Assembly: GCF_900314695.1 (NCBI RefSeq)
Contig: NZ_OMWD01000007.1
Span: 12,641 to 44,640, forward strand
Reading direction: 5' to 3'
DNA: 32,000 nt
Source: an uncultured Methanobrevibacter sp.
Lineage (GTDB): Archaea; Methanobacteriota; Methanobacteria; Methanobacteriales; Methanobacteriaceae
Part shown: in pieces, positions 1 to 10,041 of the stretch
How positions within the stretch are numbered: position 1 is the stretch's first letter
How the letters are laid out: the number at the start of each line of letters is the position of its first letter
Position numbers and translations under genes: made by a program
Notes under the pieces: model-generated
Databases searched by the model: none
What the model was told of the DNA's origin: nothing
The model's input: the letters and a program-made list of their open reading frames with translations, nothing else

Positions 1-194
1 AGTAGGGCAGCTACGGCAACATACATTGCCCTTTTTGCAGGGTATGTAGTTTTTTCTCCAATCAAATAATCAAAAGCTTCTCCTCTTCCATGTGCAATCA
101 TTCCAGAATCTGCAAGGTAGCCTTTCTGTGAAGCTTTAACTATTTTGTCTCTTAAAAGCAATGACTCATAACGGGGGTGAGATTTTGGTATCAT
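1..194 (-). CDS. 4-phosphopantoate--beta-alanine ligase (archaeal phosphopantothenate synthetase), N-terminal part; the gene runs off the window start
   Basis: Reverse translation from the ATG at 194 gives [63 protein letters not shown]. The HPRY...[13 protein letters not shown] pattern matches my recollection of the COG1701/DUF137 archaeal enzyme. There is an ATGA stop/start overlap with ORF 191..574. Confidence 0.55.
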   Translation of the reverse strand, partial: MIPKSHPRYESLLLRDKIVKASQKGYLADSGMIAHGRGEAFDYLIGEKTTYPAKRAMYVAVAAL

Positions 195-574
195 TTTAAA
201 TCAATCCTCATTTGGGCAAGATATCCTAAAAATGTTGTTATCAGTAAAGTTATTATAATCATTGAAGTAATATGAAATGGATAATCTCCAATTATTGGAT
301 TATTTACATTAGGTATAATAAAAAATATGTAATCTAGAATCATATTCACTATTATAAATGCTATTCCTGCAAGTAAACCTTCAACAACCTCATTTTCGTT
401 AATATTTCGAATGTAGAGTATTCCGAAAAATCCGGTTATGATAATTATGAGTATTGGAACCATAATATTGACATATGGGAGGTTATTATTAAAAATTGGA
501 TTGAAAATATTTGTTAAAAAATATGTTAAAAACCATATTAATGCTCCAAATATTATCGCTAATTTTAATTTCAT
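191..574 (-). CDS. small integral membrane protein (about 4 TM helices), unknown function
   Basis: 127-aa ORF that is almost entirely hydrophobic segments. It is translationally coupled (ATGA) to the downstream pantothenate-pathway gene. Confidence 0.6.
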   Translation of the reverse strand: MKLKLAIIFGALIWFLTYFLTNIFNPIFNNNLPYVNIMVPILIIIITGFFGILYIRNINENEVVEGLLAGIAFIIVNMILDYIFFIIPNVNNPIIGDYPFHITSMIIITLLITTFLGYLAQMRIDLK

Positions 575-677
575 ATTAATTAAACCTTAAAATAACTATC
601 AATAGTATCTTTGATTTAGAAATATTAAATACTTTTCTAAGTTAATCTAAAGTCTATTTAAAAAAAGTGTTGGGATG

Positions 678-711
678 GTTAGGTAGATAATTATGTAATT
701 ATCCACCTAAC
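678..711. other. 15-bp-stem inverted repeat (possible sRNA hairpin or operator) in a divergent intergenic region
   Basis: gttaggtagataatt / aattatccacctaac pair with one mismatch. The mismatch is A.C on the + strand and a G.U wobble in a minus-strand transcript. Loop is about 4 nt. A T6 run follows on the + strand and a T7 run lies 14 nt after the hairpin on the - strand. Confidence 0.35.
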
Positions 712-775
712 TACTTGTTTTTTACAAGCTTTTAGAGAAATGAATTTTAAAATTTGGCTGTTTAATCTATCTCTC

Positions 776-790
776 GGCTACATTGTAGCC
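776..790. promoter_or_regulatory. perfect 15-bp palindrome GGCTACA-T-TGTAGCC, candidate dimeric transcription-factor site
   Basis: Read directly from the sequence. It is unusually GC-rich for this AT-rich spacer and sits about 110 bp upstream of the ATG at 902. Confidence 0.3.
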
Positions 791-901
791 AAGTAATACT
801 TTATACATTCAAGTATATAAACTTATTTGAATTTTATTAAAATTCAAGTATACTTTACTAATAACCTATATATTCTTTGATTTACTAAAATTAAATTGAC
901 C

Positions 902-1945
902 ATGTATAATGAGGAACAAGAAAATTATTATCAAAGAATGTTATCTAACTCCATTTCTTCAATGTATCCGTCAGAAGAAGCTAAAAAAAGAGCTAGAAGA
1001 AAATCCCCACTTTATTTTGATGATTTAAAAGAAAAATTATTAGTAAAATATGGTGGAAAAAAAGTAACTGATATTAAAAATTCAGAAATAATTTCCACAG
1101 ATTATGGGGAGACTTTGAAGATAACAACAAAAGAAAAGATTAATTTCAATATTGTTGATAATGATTTTAAAAATCAGATGAACCATAATCTGAAATTGCT
1201 TCCAAAAATTGGCATTAAAAAAGAACAAAACCTCAAAAATCAAGGTTATGACACAATAGAATCACTTAAAAAACATGATACATACTGTAATGTAGCATCT
1301 AAATTTTTGGATAGCATCGAAGATATGTCATTCCAGGATGTGATGAATTTGCTTGACCGCAATAAGTACTCCCGTAAATGCAGAGATAATCTGATAAAAT
1401 GCGTCAGTCTTACAGATTGCGAGAACTTCAAATTCATGGACATAGAAACAAAAGGTCTTTCAAATGTGCCTGTAATCCTAATAGGGGTTGCTGAAATAAA
1501 AAATGATAACATTATAACTTCACAATATTTTTTAAGAGATTATGGCGAGGAACCTGTAATTCTGGAAGCTTATCTGTCACATTTGGATGAAGATTCTGTT
1601 CATGTGACTTTCAATGGAAAAAGTTTTGATGTACCATTTATTAATAATAGATGCATATATAATAGAATTAATGCCAACCTTGATTTGGCTCATATAGATT
1701 TGATGTATTTTGCAAAAAATTTATGGAAAGATGAATTGCCAAATTGCAAACTTCAAACAATTGAAAGGGAGTTTTTTGGCATTGAACGGGAAGACGATGT
1801 TCCTGGCCAATATATTCCAGGATATTATGATACTTATTTATCCAAAAACAATATTGGTCCTATTGTGCCCATTATAGAACACAACAGGCAGGATATTGTT
1901 TCACTAGCATCTTTTTTGGAGAAAATGTATAAGGATGTAAATTAA
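902..1945 (+). CDS. RNase H-like / DEDD-type 3'-5' exonuclease (YprB, COG3359-like)
   Basis: Motifs FMDIETKGL (Exo I, DxE), VTFNGKSFDVPFI (Exo II) and IEHNRQDIVSLA (Exo III, H..D). An N-terminal extension carries an HhH-like segment (LLPKIGIKKEQNLKNQGY). I chose the ATG at 902 over the TTG at 896. Confidence 0.7.
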   Translation: MYNEEQENYYQRMLSNSISSMYPSEEAKKRARRKSPLYFDDLKEKLLVKYGGKKVTDIKNSEIISTDYGETLKITTKEKINFNIVDNDFKNQMNHNLKLLPKIGIKKEQNLKNQGYDTIESLKKHDTYCNVASKFLDSIEDMSFQDVMNLLDRNKYSRKCRDNLIKCVSLTDCENFKFMDIETKGLSNVPVILIGVAEIKNDNIITSQYFLRDYGEEPVILEAYLSHLDEDSVHVTFNGKSFDVPFINNRCIYNRINANLDLAHIDLMYFAKNLWKDELPNCKLQTIEREFFGIEREDDVPGQYIPGYYDTYLSKNNIGPIVPIIEHNRQDIVSLASFLEKMYKDVN

Positions 1946-1946
1946 A

Positions 1947-3452
1947 ATGGGACTTTTTGATAGATTTAAGAAAAATGATAAAAAAGAACGCAAAGCCATT
2001 TCAAAAGATGATGTGGAAATTGAAGAAGATCAACTGTTATTGCAAAAAATAGCCACAACAAACAAGGACAGGTACGAACGGGCGGCAGCTGCAGATCAAA
2101 TAACTAATCAGTATGTTGCATTGGACATGGCTAAAAATGTAAAGGATAGGGCAATCAGATTAATTGCAGCAAATAAGCTCACAGATGAAAATTTACTGTG
2201 GGATGCTGCTGAAAACTCAAAATTCTTTGACGTAAGGAGTTTTGCATACGAAAGACTGGGCGAAAACAACAAGTCAATTGCCGAAATTGTAATAAATACA
2301 AAGAAAAATCAACATGTGGATGAAATATTTGAAAAGGTCGTTGATGAGGAAACCCTTAAATGGATTGCTATTGAAGCTGACGACAAACGATATAGGAATG
2401 AAGCAGTAAGTAAAATAGAGTCCCGAGAAGTTCTGCAGGATTTGATCTTTAAGGCTAATGATAATGATATTAAAAAAGCAGCAATCAATAAAGATAAATT
2501 TGATGATGAAAATGTCCTTGAAGAAATTGCAATTTCTCAAAAAGATGAAGGTGTCAAAACTGCAGCAATTAACAAAATCACTGACGGTGAAAAATTAGCA
2601 AATATAGCTAAAAATGAAGACAATGCAAAAATCCGTTCACTTATTTTTGAAAAGATAGATAATCCCGAAATATTAAAGGACATAGTTTTAAACTCCGACA
2701 AATCTGATGTACGTCTGGATTTGGTTCCAAAATTGGATGATGAAGAATTGCTTACACAAATAGCCTTAAATGATCCTGATAAAATTGTCAGAAGCGAAGC
2801 TGTTAAGAAAATTAGTAATGAAGATGATTTGTTGAAGATTATTAAAAATGATGATGACAGGTTCGTTCGCCAAATTGCAGTAAACAATATTAAAAATCCT
2901 CAAATATTAATAAACATAGCATTAAACGACGATGACCAATTTGTAAGAAATCATGCAATTAAAAATCCAAATTTAGTTGATGAAAACGATTATTTGGAAA
3001 TAGTAATCAATTCGACTCATGAAGATGTGGCCAGTGAAGCCATGAAACACATTCATGATGAAAAATCATTTATTAAAATCCTGAACGAAGCAAAATTGGA
3101 AAATATCAGAAAGGACACATTGGATAATATTGATGATTTGGAAACATTGATAAAAATTGTTTTAGCCAATAAAGATGAGGAATTTTCACTTAAGGCCTTA
3201 AATAAAATCAATGTTGAAAGCTGTCTGATAAAGATATATGAACAGGGGATTTCTGAAAACATCTCAGTCAGAGCAGTTTCCAAAGTCAGAAACCAGAAAT
3301 TTTTAACAAAAATAGTTAAAAAGGAGCCTCAATGGAGAGTTCGTGAAGCCGCTGTAAAACATATTGTAAGTAAAAAGGTTTTAAAAGAAGTTTCAATCAA
3401 TGATGAAAACGAATATGTAAGAAATGTGGCAAAAAAGAGGATGAATCTATAA
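1947..3452 (+). CDS. HEAT / PBS-lyase-like repeat protein
   Basis: About 16 repeats with a 28-31 aa period and the signature D..VR..A...I (for example DKIVRSEAVKKI, DRFVRQIAVNNI, DQFVRNHAIKN, WRVREAAVKHI, EYVRNVAKKRM). The start is 1 nt after the exonuclease stop. Confidence 0.7.
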   Translation: MGLFDRFKKNDKKERKAISKDDVEIEEDQLLLQKIATTNKDRYERAAAADQITNQYVALDMAKNVKDRAIRLIAANKLTDENLLWDAAENSKFFDVRSFAYERLGENNKSIAEIVINTKKNQHVDEIFEKVVDEETLKWIAIEADDKRYRNEAVSKIESREVLQDLIFKANDNDIKKAAINKDKFDDENVLEEIAISQKDEGVKTAAINKITDGEKLANIAKNEDNAKIRSLIFEKIDNPEILKDIVLNSDKSDVRLDLVPKLDDEELLTQIALNDPDKIVRSEAVKKISNEDDLLKIIKNDDDRFVRQIAVNNIKNPQILINIALNDDDQFVRNHAIKNPNLVDENDYLEIVINSTHEDVASEAMKHIHDEKSFIKILNEAKLENIRKDTLDNIDDLETLIKIVLANKDEEFSLKALNKINVESCLIKIYEQGISENISVRAVSKVRNQKFLTKIVKKEPQWRVREAAVKHIVSKKVLKEVSINDENEYVRNVAKKRMNL

Positions 3453-4205
3453 GTAGAATTCAACTTCTTTTCTTTCGCTGTTTGCATTTTCAAATTCAGG
3501 TTTTTTAGCTTCAAATGCATCTCCTGAAAATGAACGTGCATTTTCACCACAAATGCTGATGCATGCAGTACATCTGCTGCAAAGATCTAAATTTGTTGAA
3601 ATAGGATCATCATCTGGAATTGCCTTTTCAGGACAAATTGAAACGCAATCATAACAGAATGCACAGATTGTTTCATCGCAGCTGATTTCAAACGGCAGCT
3701 GTTTGTAATCGACATAAGGCCTGTTTCCTGGAATTTCACTTTCAAGACTTTTTCCGCTTTTTATTTTTTCAATGCATTTTTTTGAAAATTCATCGATTTT
3801 TTCAATGTCGGCACTGTCAGGTCTTCCCAATGCAACTCCATCAAAAATGGAATGGTGGCTGATGGTTGTTGCAGCTGCAATCACATCAAAATTATTTTCT
3901 TTTAACAAATCAATTAATTCAAGTAATGCATCAGTAACATGAGCGTTTCCGTAGTTTGCTATAGCAATTGCTTTAGTGTTATTCCCTTTTAATTTTTCTA
4001 ATCTTTCACGACCGCTTTTTGGGATTCTGCCTGCAAAAACGGGCATTCCTACAATAGCAATGGTATCTTGCGGAAATTCTTTTTCGCCATTGAAATTCAA
4101 CAAGTCATAAGTTTCACTACCATCATCAAAATTACTTGCAATCTGTTCGACTACTTTTTTAGTTGTATTGGATGGACTAAAATAAACTTTAACAATTTTT
4201 GACAT
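3447..4205 (-). CDS. flavodoxin-like domain fused to a 2x[4Fe-4S] ferredoxin domain
   Basis: The N-terminus KIVKVYFSPSNTTKKV is typical of short flavodoxin-family proteins. The C-terminus has CAFCYDCVSICP and CSRCTACISIC (CxxCxxCxxxC twice). I preferred the ATG at 4205, which has a GGTGAGAG SD, over the ATG at 4220. Confidence 0.75.
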   Translation of the reverse strand: MSKIVKVYFSPSNTTKKVVEQIASNFDDGSETYDLLNFNGEKEFPQDTIAIVGMPVFAGRIPKSGRERLEKLKGNNTKAIAIANYGNAHVTDALLELIDLLKENNFDVIAAATTISHHSIFDGVALGRPDSADIEKIDEFSKKCIEKIKSGKSLESEIPGNRPYVDYKQLPFEISCDETICAFCYDCVSICPEKAIPDDDPISTNLDLCSRCTACISICGENARSFSGDAFEAKKPEFENANSERKEVEFYL

Positions 4206-4308
4206 ACTCTCACCTGACATTAATTATATTTTTCATACAACTTAATGATTTTTAAATCAATAGAAACTATTTAATAATATTAAATTTAAAAAATAATTTG
4301 GTGATACG

Positions 4309-5337
4309 ATGGAATTAATGAGAGAGCTTTCTTTAGCACCTGGTGTATCAGGTTCTGAAGAGGAAATAGCTAATATAATTACACGTGAATTAAAAGATGT
4401 TGCTGATAAAATCGAAACTGACAGTATGGGAAACTTAATTGCCACTAAAAAAGGTGAAAAAAAGGCTCCTAGTATTATGTTAGCAGCACACATGGACGAA
4501 ATTGGTCTAATGGTAAGATATATTGATGATAACGGATTTATTAAATTTTCAAATATTGGTGGAATAAACGATCAAATGCTAATGAACCAAACCGTAACAG
4601 TTCATTCATCAGTTGGCGAACCGATTGTCGGAGTAATTGGATCCAAACCACCTCACGTTACCAAACCTGAAGAAAGAAACAAAGTTGTTAAATCTGACGA
4701 CATGTTTATTGATATTGGTGCTAAAGATAAGGAAGATGCAGAAAAAATGGTCAGAATAGGAGATAAAATGACCTTCAACGCATTATTCGAAGAGTATCCA
4801 AACAACTTAATCATGGGTAAGGCATTAGATAACCGTGTAGGATGTTATGTAATGATGGAAGTTTTAAAAAGGGTTGAAACCAGAGCTACTGTTTATGGTG
4901 TTGGAACCGTACAGGAAGAAGTAGGTCTTAAAGGAGCTAAAACTTCTGCATTTAGATTAAACCCTGATTTGGCTATTGCACTTGATGTTACATTATCAGG
5001 TGACCACCCTGGAATCAAACCTGAAGAGGCACCTGTAGTGATGGGTAAAGGTCCGGCTATTATTTTAGCAGATGCAAGCGGAAGGGGAATTTTAACCCAA
5101 CAATCAATTAAGGGCATGTTAATCGAAGCTGGGGATGATAATGATATTCCATATCAACTTGAAGTGAGTGATGGTGGAACTACTGATGGAACTGCAATTC
5201 ACTTAACTCGTGAAGGAATTCCTACTGGTGTTTTATCTGTTCCTACTCGTTATATCCACACTCCAGTAAGTGTATGTAGTATGGATGATATTGAATCAAC
5301 TATTCAATTGATTACTGAAGCTATAAATAAATTATAG
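4309..5337 (+). CDS. M42 family metallopeptidase (TET aminopeptidase / FrvX-like)
   Basis: [33 protein letters not shown] and [10 protein letters not shown] are characteristic M42 motifs. The 342-aa length is typical. Confidence 0.85.
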   Translation: MELMRELSLAPGVSGSEEEIANIITRELKDVADKIETDSMGNLIATKKGEKKAPSIMLAAHMDEIGLMVRYIDDNGFIKFSNIGGINDQMLMNQTVTVHSSVGEPIVGVIGSKPPHVTKPEERNKVVKSDDMFIDIGAKDKEDAEKMVRIGDKMTFNALFEEYPNNLIMGKALDNRVGCYVMMEVLKRVETRATVYGVGTVQEEVGLKGAKTSAFRLNPDLAIALDVTLSGDHPGIKPEEAPVVMGKGPAIILADASGRGILTQQSIKGMLIEAGDDNDIPYQLEVSDGGTTDGTAIHLTREGIPTGVLSVPTRYIHTPVSVCSMDDIESTIQLITEAINKL

Positions 5338-5380
5338 CTATTTTTTTTCTTTTTTTTGATTAAATTAAACATATATTGTT

Positions 5381-5866
5381 TTATTTAAATCTGTCGTCTG
5401 ATTTTTGTGATTTTGCTTTTTTGTGTTTGGTTTCAAACCAGCCTATCTTTAGCTCATCAATAGTGTCTTCATATAATTGGGGTACATAGGGTTTGATGTC
5501 AAGCAGTGGTGTTCCATCCAAAATGTCAACATTTTCAACATGTATCGTGTTTCCTTCAACTGCATTGACTTTAACAACACTCATTCCAATACGATTTGGC
5601 CTTTTGGGAGATCTTGTAGCGAATACTCCATGTGTATCATTATCCATAAACGGTTTTACTTCAAGCATGTAACCTTCTACTTTATGAAGCAGGTAAATCA
5701 AATGGATGTGTGAAAAATCTTCAAGGTCTTTTAGACCATCAGCATATTTGTCTTTAATTTCTATTGTTCCTTTTATTCCTTTTGCCCCAGTAGGTTGAAT
5801 GGGCATTCCTTCAATTTCACTAAATTCGGTATGGATTGTACCGATTGATTCCATTTCGATATTCAT
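5381..5866 (-). CDS. trmO: tRNA (t6A37-N6)-methyltransferase TrmO family (YaeB/UPF0066)
   Basis: IGTIHTEF...GMPIQP, FATRSPKRPNRIGMSVVKV and LDGTPLLDIKPYVP. The ATG at 5866 removes an implausible low-complexity leader that the ATG at 5953 would add. Confidence 0.8.
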   Translation of the reverse strand: MNIEMESIGTIHTEFSEIEGMPIQPTGAKGIKGTIEIKDKYADGLKDLEDFSHIHLIYLLHKVEGYMLEVKPFMDNDTHGVFATRSPKRPNRIGMSVVKVNAVEGNTIHVENVDILDGTPLLDIKPYVPQLYEDTIDELKIGWFETKHKKAKSQKSDDRFK

Positions 5867-6200
5867 AATTATTATTTTCGTTTTGATTTGTAATATAATT
5901 TTCTGGTTGAATTTTATTAATTTTATGAATTTCGATAAAATAACTTTTAACAAATTATATGATTTCTATTTTTAATAAATTTACTTATAAATTTTTATTT
6001 TTATTTTTTATTCTTTAATAATTCTAATTATAATAAATTAAACTTTTTAATTTGTTTTATAAATGAGTTAATATAATTTTATATCGATATGAAGTATTTT
6101 CGGTAATCGATTTTAAATGTCTTATTTCATAGAAAAAACGAAACATTTATATACAATTCGATACAACTTAGTATTGTCAAAAACATATTGATGTGAAATT

Positions 6201-6407
6201 ATGAAATTAAGTGCTAGAAATCAATTAAATGGAAAAATTACTAATGTTGAAAAAGGAGCTGTTATGTCTAATGTTAAAATTGAAATCAGTGAACCTGGTG
6301 TTATTACTGCTGTGATTACTAAAGAGTCTGCTGAGAAATTAGGTTTATCTGAAGGTGATGATGTAACTGCAATCATCAAATCTACTGAAGTTATTATAGG
6401 AAAATAA
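6201..6407 (+). CDS. mop: molybdenum-pterin/molybdate-binding protein Mop (single TOBE domain)
   Basis: 68 aa. MKLSARNQLNGKITNVEKGAVMSNVKIEI...VTAIIKSTEVIIGK is a classic Mop/TOBE sequence. Confidence 0.85.
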   Translation: MKLSARNQLNGKITNVEKGAVMSNVKIEISEPGVITAVITKESAEKLGLSEGDDVTAIIKSTEVIIGK

Positions 6408-6434
6408 AATTATTATATTTGGATGTGAATAGTT

Positions 6435-6641
6435 ATGCAATTAAGTGCTAGAAATCAATTAGAAGGAAAAATTACTAATGTTGAAAAAGGAGCTGTTATG
6501 GCTAATATTAAAATTGAAATTGCTGATCCTAATGTTATTACTGCTGTGATTACTAAAGAGTCTGCTGAAAAATTAGGTTTATCTGAAGGTGATGATGTAA
6601 CTGCAATCATCAAATCTACTGAAGTTATTATAGGAAAATAA
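6435..6641 (+). CDS. mop: molybdenum-pterin/molybdate-binding protein Mop, tandem paralogue
   Basis: 68 aa, differing from the upstream copy at 7 residues. The family signature is the same. Confidence 0.85.
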   Translation: MQLSARNQLEGKITNVEKGAVMANIKIEIADPNVITAVITKESAEKLGLSEGDDVTAIIKSTEVIIGK

Positions 6642-6656
6642 GTTTAGGAATTAGGA

Positions 6657-6791
6657 TTAAATTCCTAATAATCCTAATAATATAGAAATAATAAATATAA
6701 TTATTGCGGCTTTAAACAATGTTTTAAAGCCTTTTACCACTGCATAAATTATTAGAAATAGTATTAATATTCTAATAATATTCATTACCAT
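6657..6791 (-). CDS. possible 44-aa hydrophobic micro-protein (two predicted TM segments)
   Basis: It is below the ORF-track length cutoff. The sequence is ATG GTA ATG AAT..., giving MVMNIIRILILFLIIYAVVKGFKTLFKAAIIIFIISILLGLLGI*. An AGGAGG SD sits 6 nt upstream and overlaps the moaE stop. Confidence 0.3.
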   Translation of the reverse strand: MVMNIIRILILFLIIYAVVKGFKTLFKAAIIIFIISILLGLLGI

Positions 6792-6793
6792 TT

Positions 6794-7231
6794 TTAACCT
6801 CCTGCGAGGATTGTTTTAGTTCCTTCTTCGGAAATTTCCTCTTTTTTAAATTCAACTTCATATTTTACGGTTTCAATAACTTCTTTTAATGCATCAAGGG
6901 TTTCTCCCCTGTGTGCACCTAAAACCGCAACAAGGAATAACATGTCTCCAGTATAGAATTCACCAATGTAGTGAACGACTGAAATTTCGTGAACATTATA
7001 TTTAATTTTAGCATTATCTACAATCTTTTCAATTTCTGATTTTGTTTTTTCTTTATCAGGTGTTGTTAGAATAAGCTTTTTTAAGTTCATGTTCTCTTCT
7101 TTTCCACGTACAATTCCTTCAAATGTGAAAATTGCACCGGAATAATCTATTTTGCTACTTTTTTTCAATTCGTCTATTAAATCTGCTGTTGTTACTTTGT
7201 CTTCTTTTGCTTCGATTACACGTACAACCAT
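6794..7231 (-). CDS. moaE: molybdopterin synthase catalytic subunit MoaE
   Basis: GAIFTFEGIVRG ... VVHYIGEFYTGDMLFLVAVLGAHRGETLDA ... EVEFKKEE aligns with E. coli MoaE (GAVVTFTGKVRN ... VIHRIGELWPGDEIVFVGVTSAHRSSAFEA ... PFWKRE). Confidence 0.8.
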   Translation of the reverse strand: MVVRVIEAKEDKVTTADLIDELKKSSKIDYSGAIFTFEGIVRGKEENMNLKKLILTTPDKEKTKSEIEKIVDNAKIKYNVHEISVVHYIGEFYTGDMLFLVAVLGAHRGETLDALKEVIETVKYEVEFKKEEISEEGTKTILAGG

Positions 7232-7279
7232 TTTATCTCTCCATTAGTTAATAGGATTTTATAATATAAATAACTATTG

Positions 7280-8532
<1,253 letters not shown>

Positions 8533-8655
8533 ATTTTAACCTAAGAATATTTTTACATTACTTTTTATTCTTTTTAATAAAAATACTTTTTTAGTAAACC
8601 AAACTTTATAAAACAGTATTTACTAAATAATAATATAAATTATGGAGTTTACATA

Positions 8656-9321
8656 ATGGAAAAGAAAAATATTATTTTAATTGCAGTAGTTATTATAGCA
8701 ATAGTTGCAGTTGCGGCAGCTATATTTTCTACTAATTTTACTGGTGGATCTGGAAAAAGCATAATTGGGGAATCTACTCAATTTAAAAATTCATTCATGG
8801 AAGGTTCTTTTTCAGGAGACGTTAAATTAGCAAATAACTCTTCAAAATACATGCAGTCATATGAAGATAAAAAACACAATATCACATACAATATCTCAAC
8901 TGTTGATAATTCAACTGCTTTGATGGATATTTATTATCTTCAGGGAGTTATGAATCCTGAACACCGTTCATACAATGGAAATGATTGGAATATTTACTTC
9001 TCCCAAGCTATTGAAGGAAATAACTCAAACAACACATTATCAATCGTAATCTGTCAATGTCAAAAAGATAAACAGGGTTATCTGGTCTATATGATTGTCG
9101 GATCTAAAACAGATGTAAATACATCTTCACTAAATGTTTACGGAGATGTTTACAAAGGATATGTCGAACCGTTACTCAAATCTTTAACCTTGAAAGAAAG
9201 CAAAAACGTTCCGACTATTAACGAAGAATTCGGCCTATCATCTAGTGAGTTCGCTCAACAGATGGAACTTGTAAAACAGTATAAGGCTGGAAATACTTCC
9301 GCATTGAACCAACAATCTTAA
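8656..9321 (+). CDS. signal-anchored extracellular protein, unknown function
   Basis: N-terminal TM helix (IILIAVVIIAIVAVAAAIF) followed by an N/S-rich soluble domain with many N-x-S/T sequons. I recognise no family. Confidence 0.6.
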   Translation: MEKKNIILIAVVIIAIVAVAAAIFSTNFTGGSGKSIIGESTQFKNSFMEGSFSGDVKLANNSSKYMQSYEDKKHNITYNISTVDNSTALMDIYYLQGVMNPEHRSYNGNDWNIYFSQAIEGNNSNNTLSIVICQCQKDKQGYLVYMIVGSKTDVNTSSLNVYGDVYKGYVEPLLKSLTLKESKNVPTINEEFGLSSSEFAQQMELVKQYKAGNTSALNQQS

Positions 9322-9336
9322 GAGGCGTCAGGTTAA

Positions 9337-9849
9337 ATGAAAATTACAGTTTTTCATGCAGATGAATGCGACAGAAAAAAATGCACATCCATCAAAATGG
9401 AGAAAATGGGTAAATGCAGGTTGGTTTATAACATAAATAAAATACCTTCCGGAGCCATCGTATTGAATCCATATGCTGAAAAAGCTGTATCCTATGAAGA
9501 CTATAGATATGTTCAAAGAAGAGGAATTGTGGGGCTTGACTGTTCATGGAACGAAGTTTCAAGCTCTAAAAAATTCTTTTCTCTTTCAAAATATCATCGG
9601 TCATTACCTTTTTTGATAGCAACCAATCCTGTTAATTATGGGAAACCATGCATTTTATCAACTGTTGAAGCTATTTCAGCTACACTGTACATTACTCGCT
9701 TTAAGGATGAAGCTCGTGAATTGATGGATGGTTTTAAATGGGGTCATACATTTTTGGAACTCAATCATGATTTGCTTGAAGCATATAGTGAAGTTGACAG
9801 CAGTGCTGAAGTTGTAAAAATTCAAAATGAATTCCTTTCGGAATCCTGA
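9337..9849 (+). CDS. tsr3: 16S rRNA aminocarboxypropyltransferase Tsr3
   Basis: ADECDRKKCTS, GLDCSWNE, NPVNYGKPCILSTVEAISATLYI and KWGHTFLELNHDLLEAY match the Tsr3/DUF367 family. Confidence 0.85.
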   Translation: MKITVFHADECDRKKCTSIKMEKMGKCRLVYNINKIPSGAIVLNPYAEKAVSYEDYRYVQRRGIVGLDCSWNEVSSSKKFFSLSKYHRSLPFLIATNPVNYGKPCILSTVEAISATLYITRFKDEARELMDGFKWGHTFLELNHDLLEAYSEVDSSAEVVKIQNEFLSES

Positions 9850-10041
9850 TAAATATCACCTATTTTTTTCATACTTTTTTATATTTTTTATACAAAATGA
9901 GTCATTCCTCAAGAATCAAACAAAATACTTATTTTTTTTAAAAAATAATTAATTTTGAGCCTCTTTTAAATAAAAAACTTAAAATATTTATATGTCATGA
10001 TATAATAGTATTACTTAATAAATCTAAATTATAGTGATTAA

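Larger units (their letters stand above)
6201..6641 (+). repeat. tandem gene duplication (two 207-nt mop copies separated by 27 nt)
   Basis: By eye the copies differ at roughly a dozen positions. All but one of these fall in the 5' half, and the 3' ~110 nt differ at a single base (gag/gaa). Confidence 0.8.

Noticed and set aside
2274-3550. Several 73-116-aa minus-strand ORFs within and after the HEAT-repeat gene
   Set aside because: They are antisense shadows of a gene with a clear repeat signature. Their S/F/L-rich translations match no motifs.
5954-6200. Possible Moco riboswitch or other structured leader upstream of mop
   Set aside because: The region is almost pure A/T. I could not find GC-supported helices, and the Moco RNA motif is a bacterial element.
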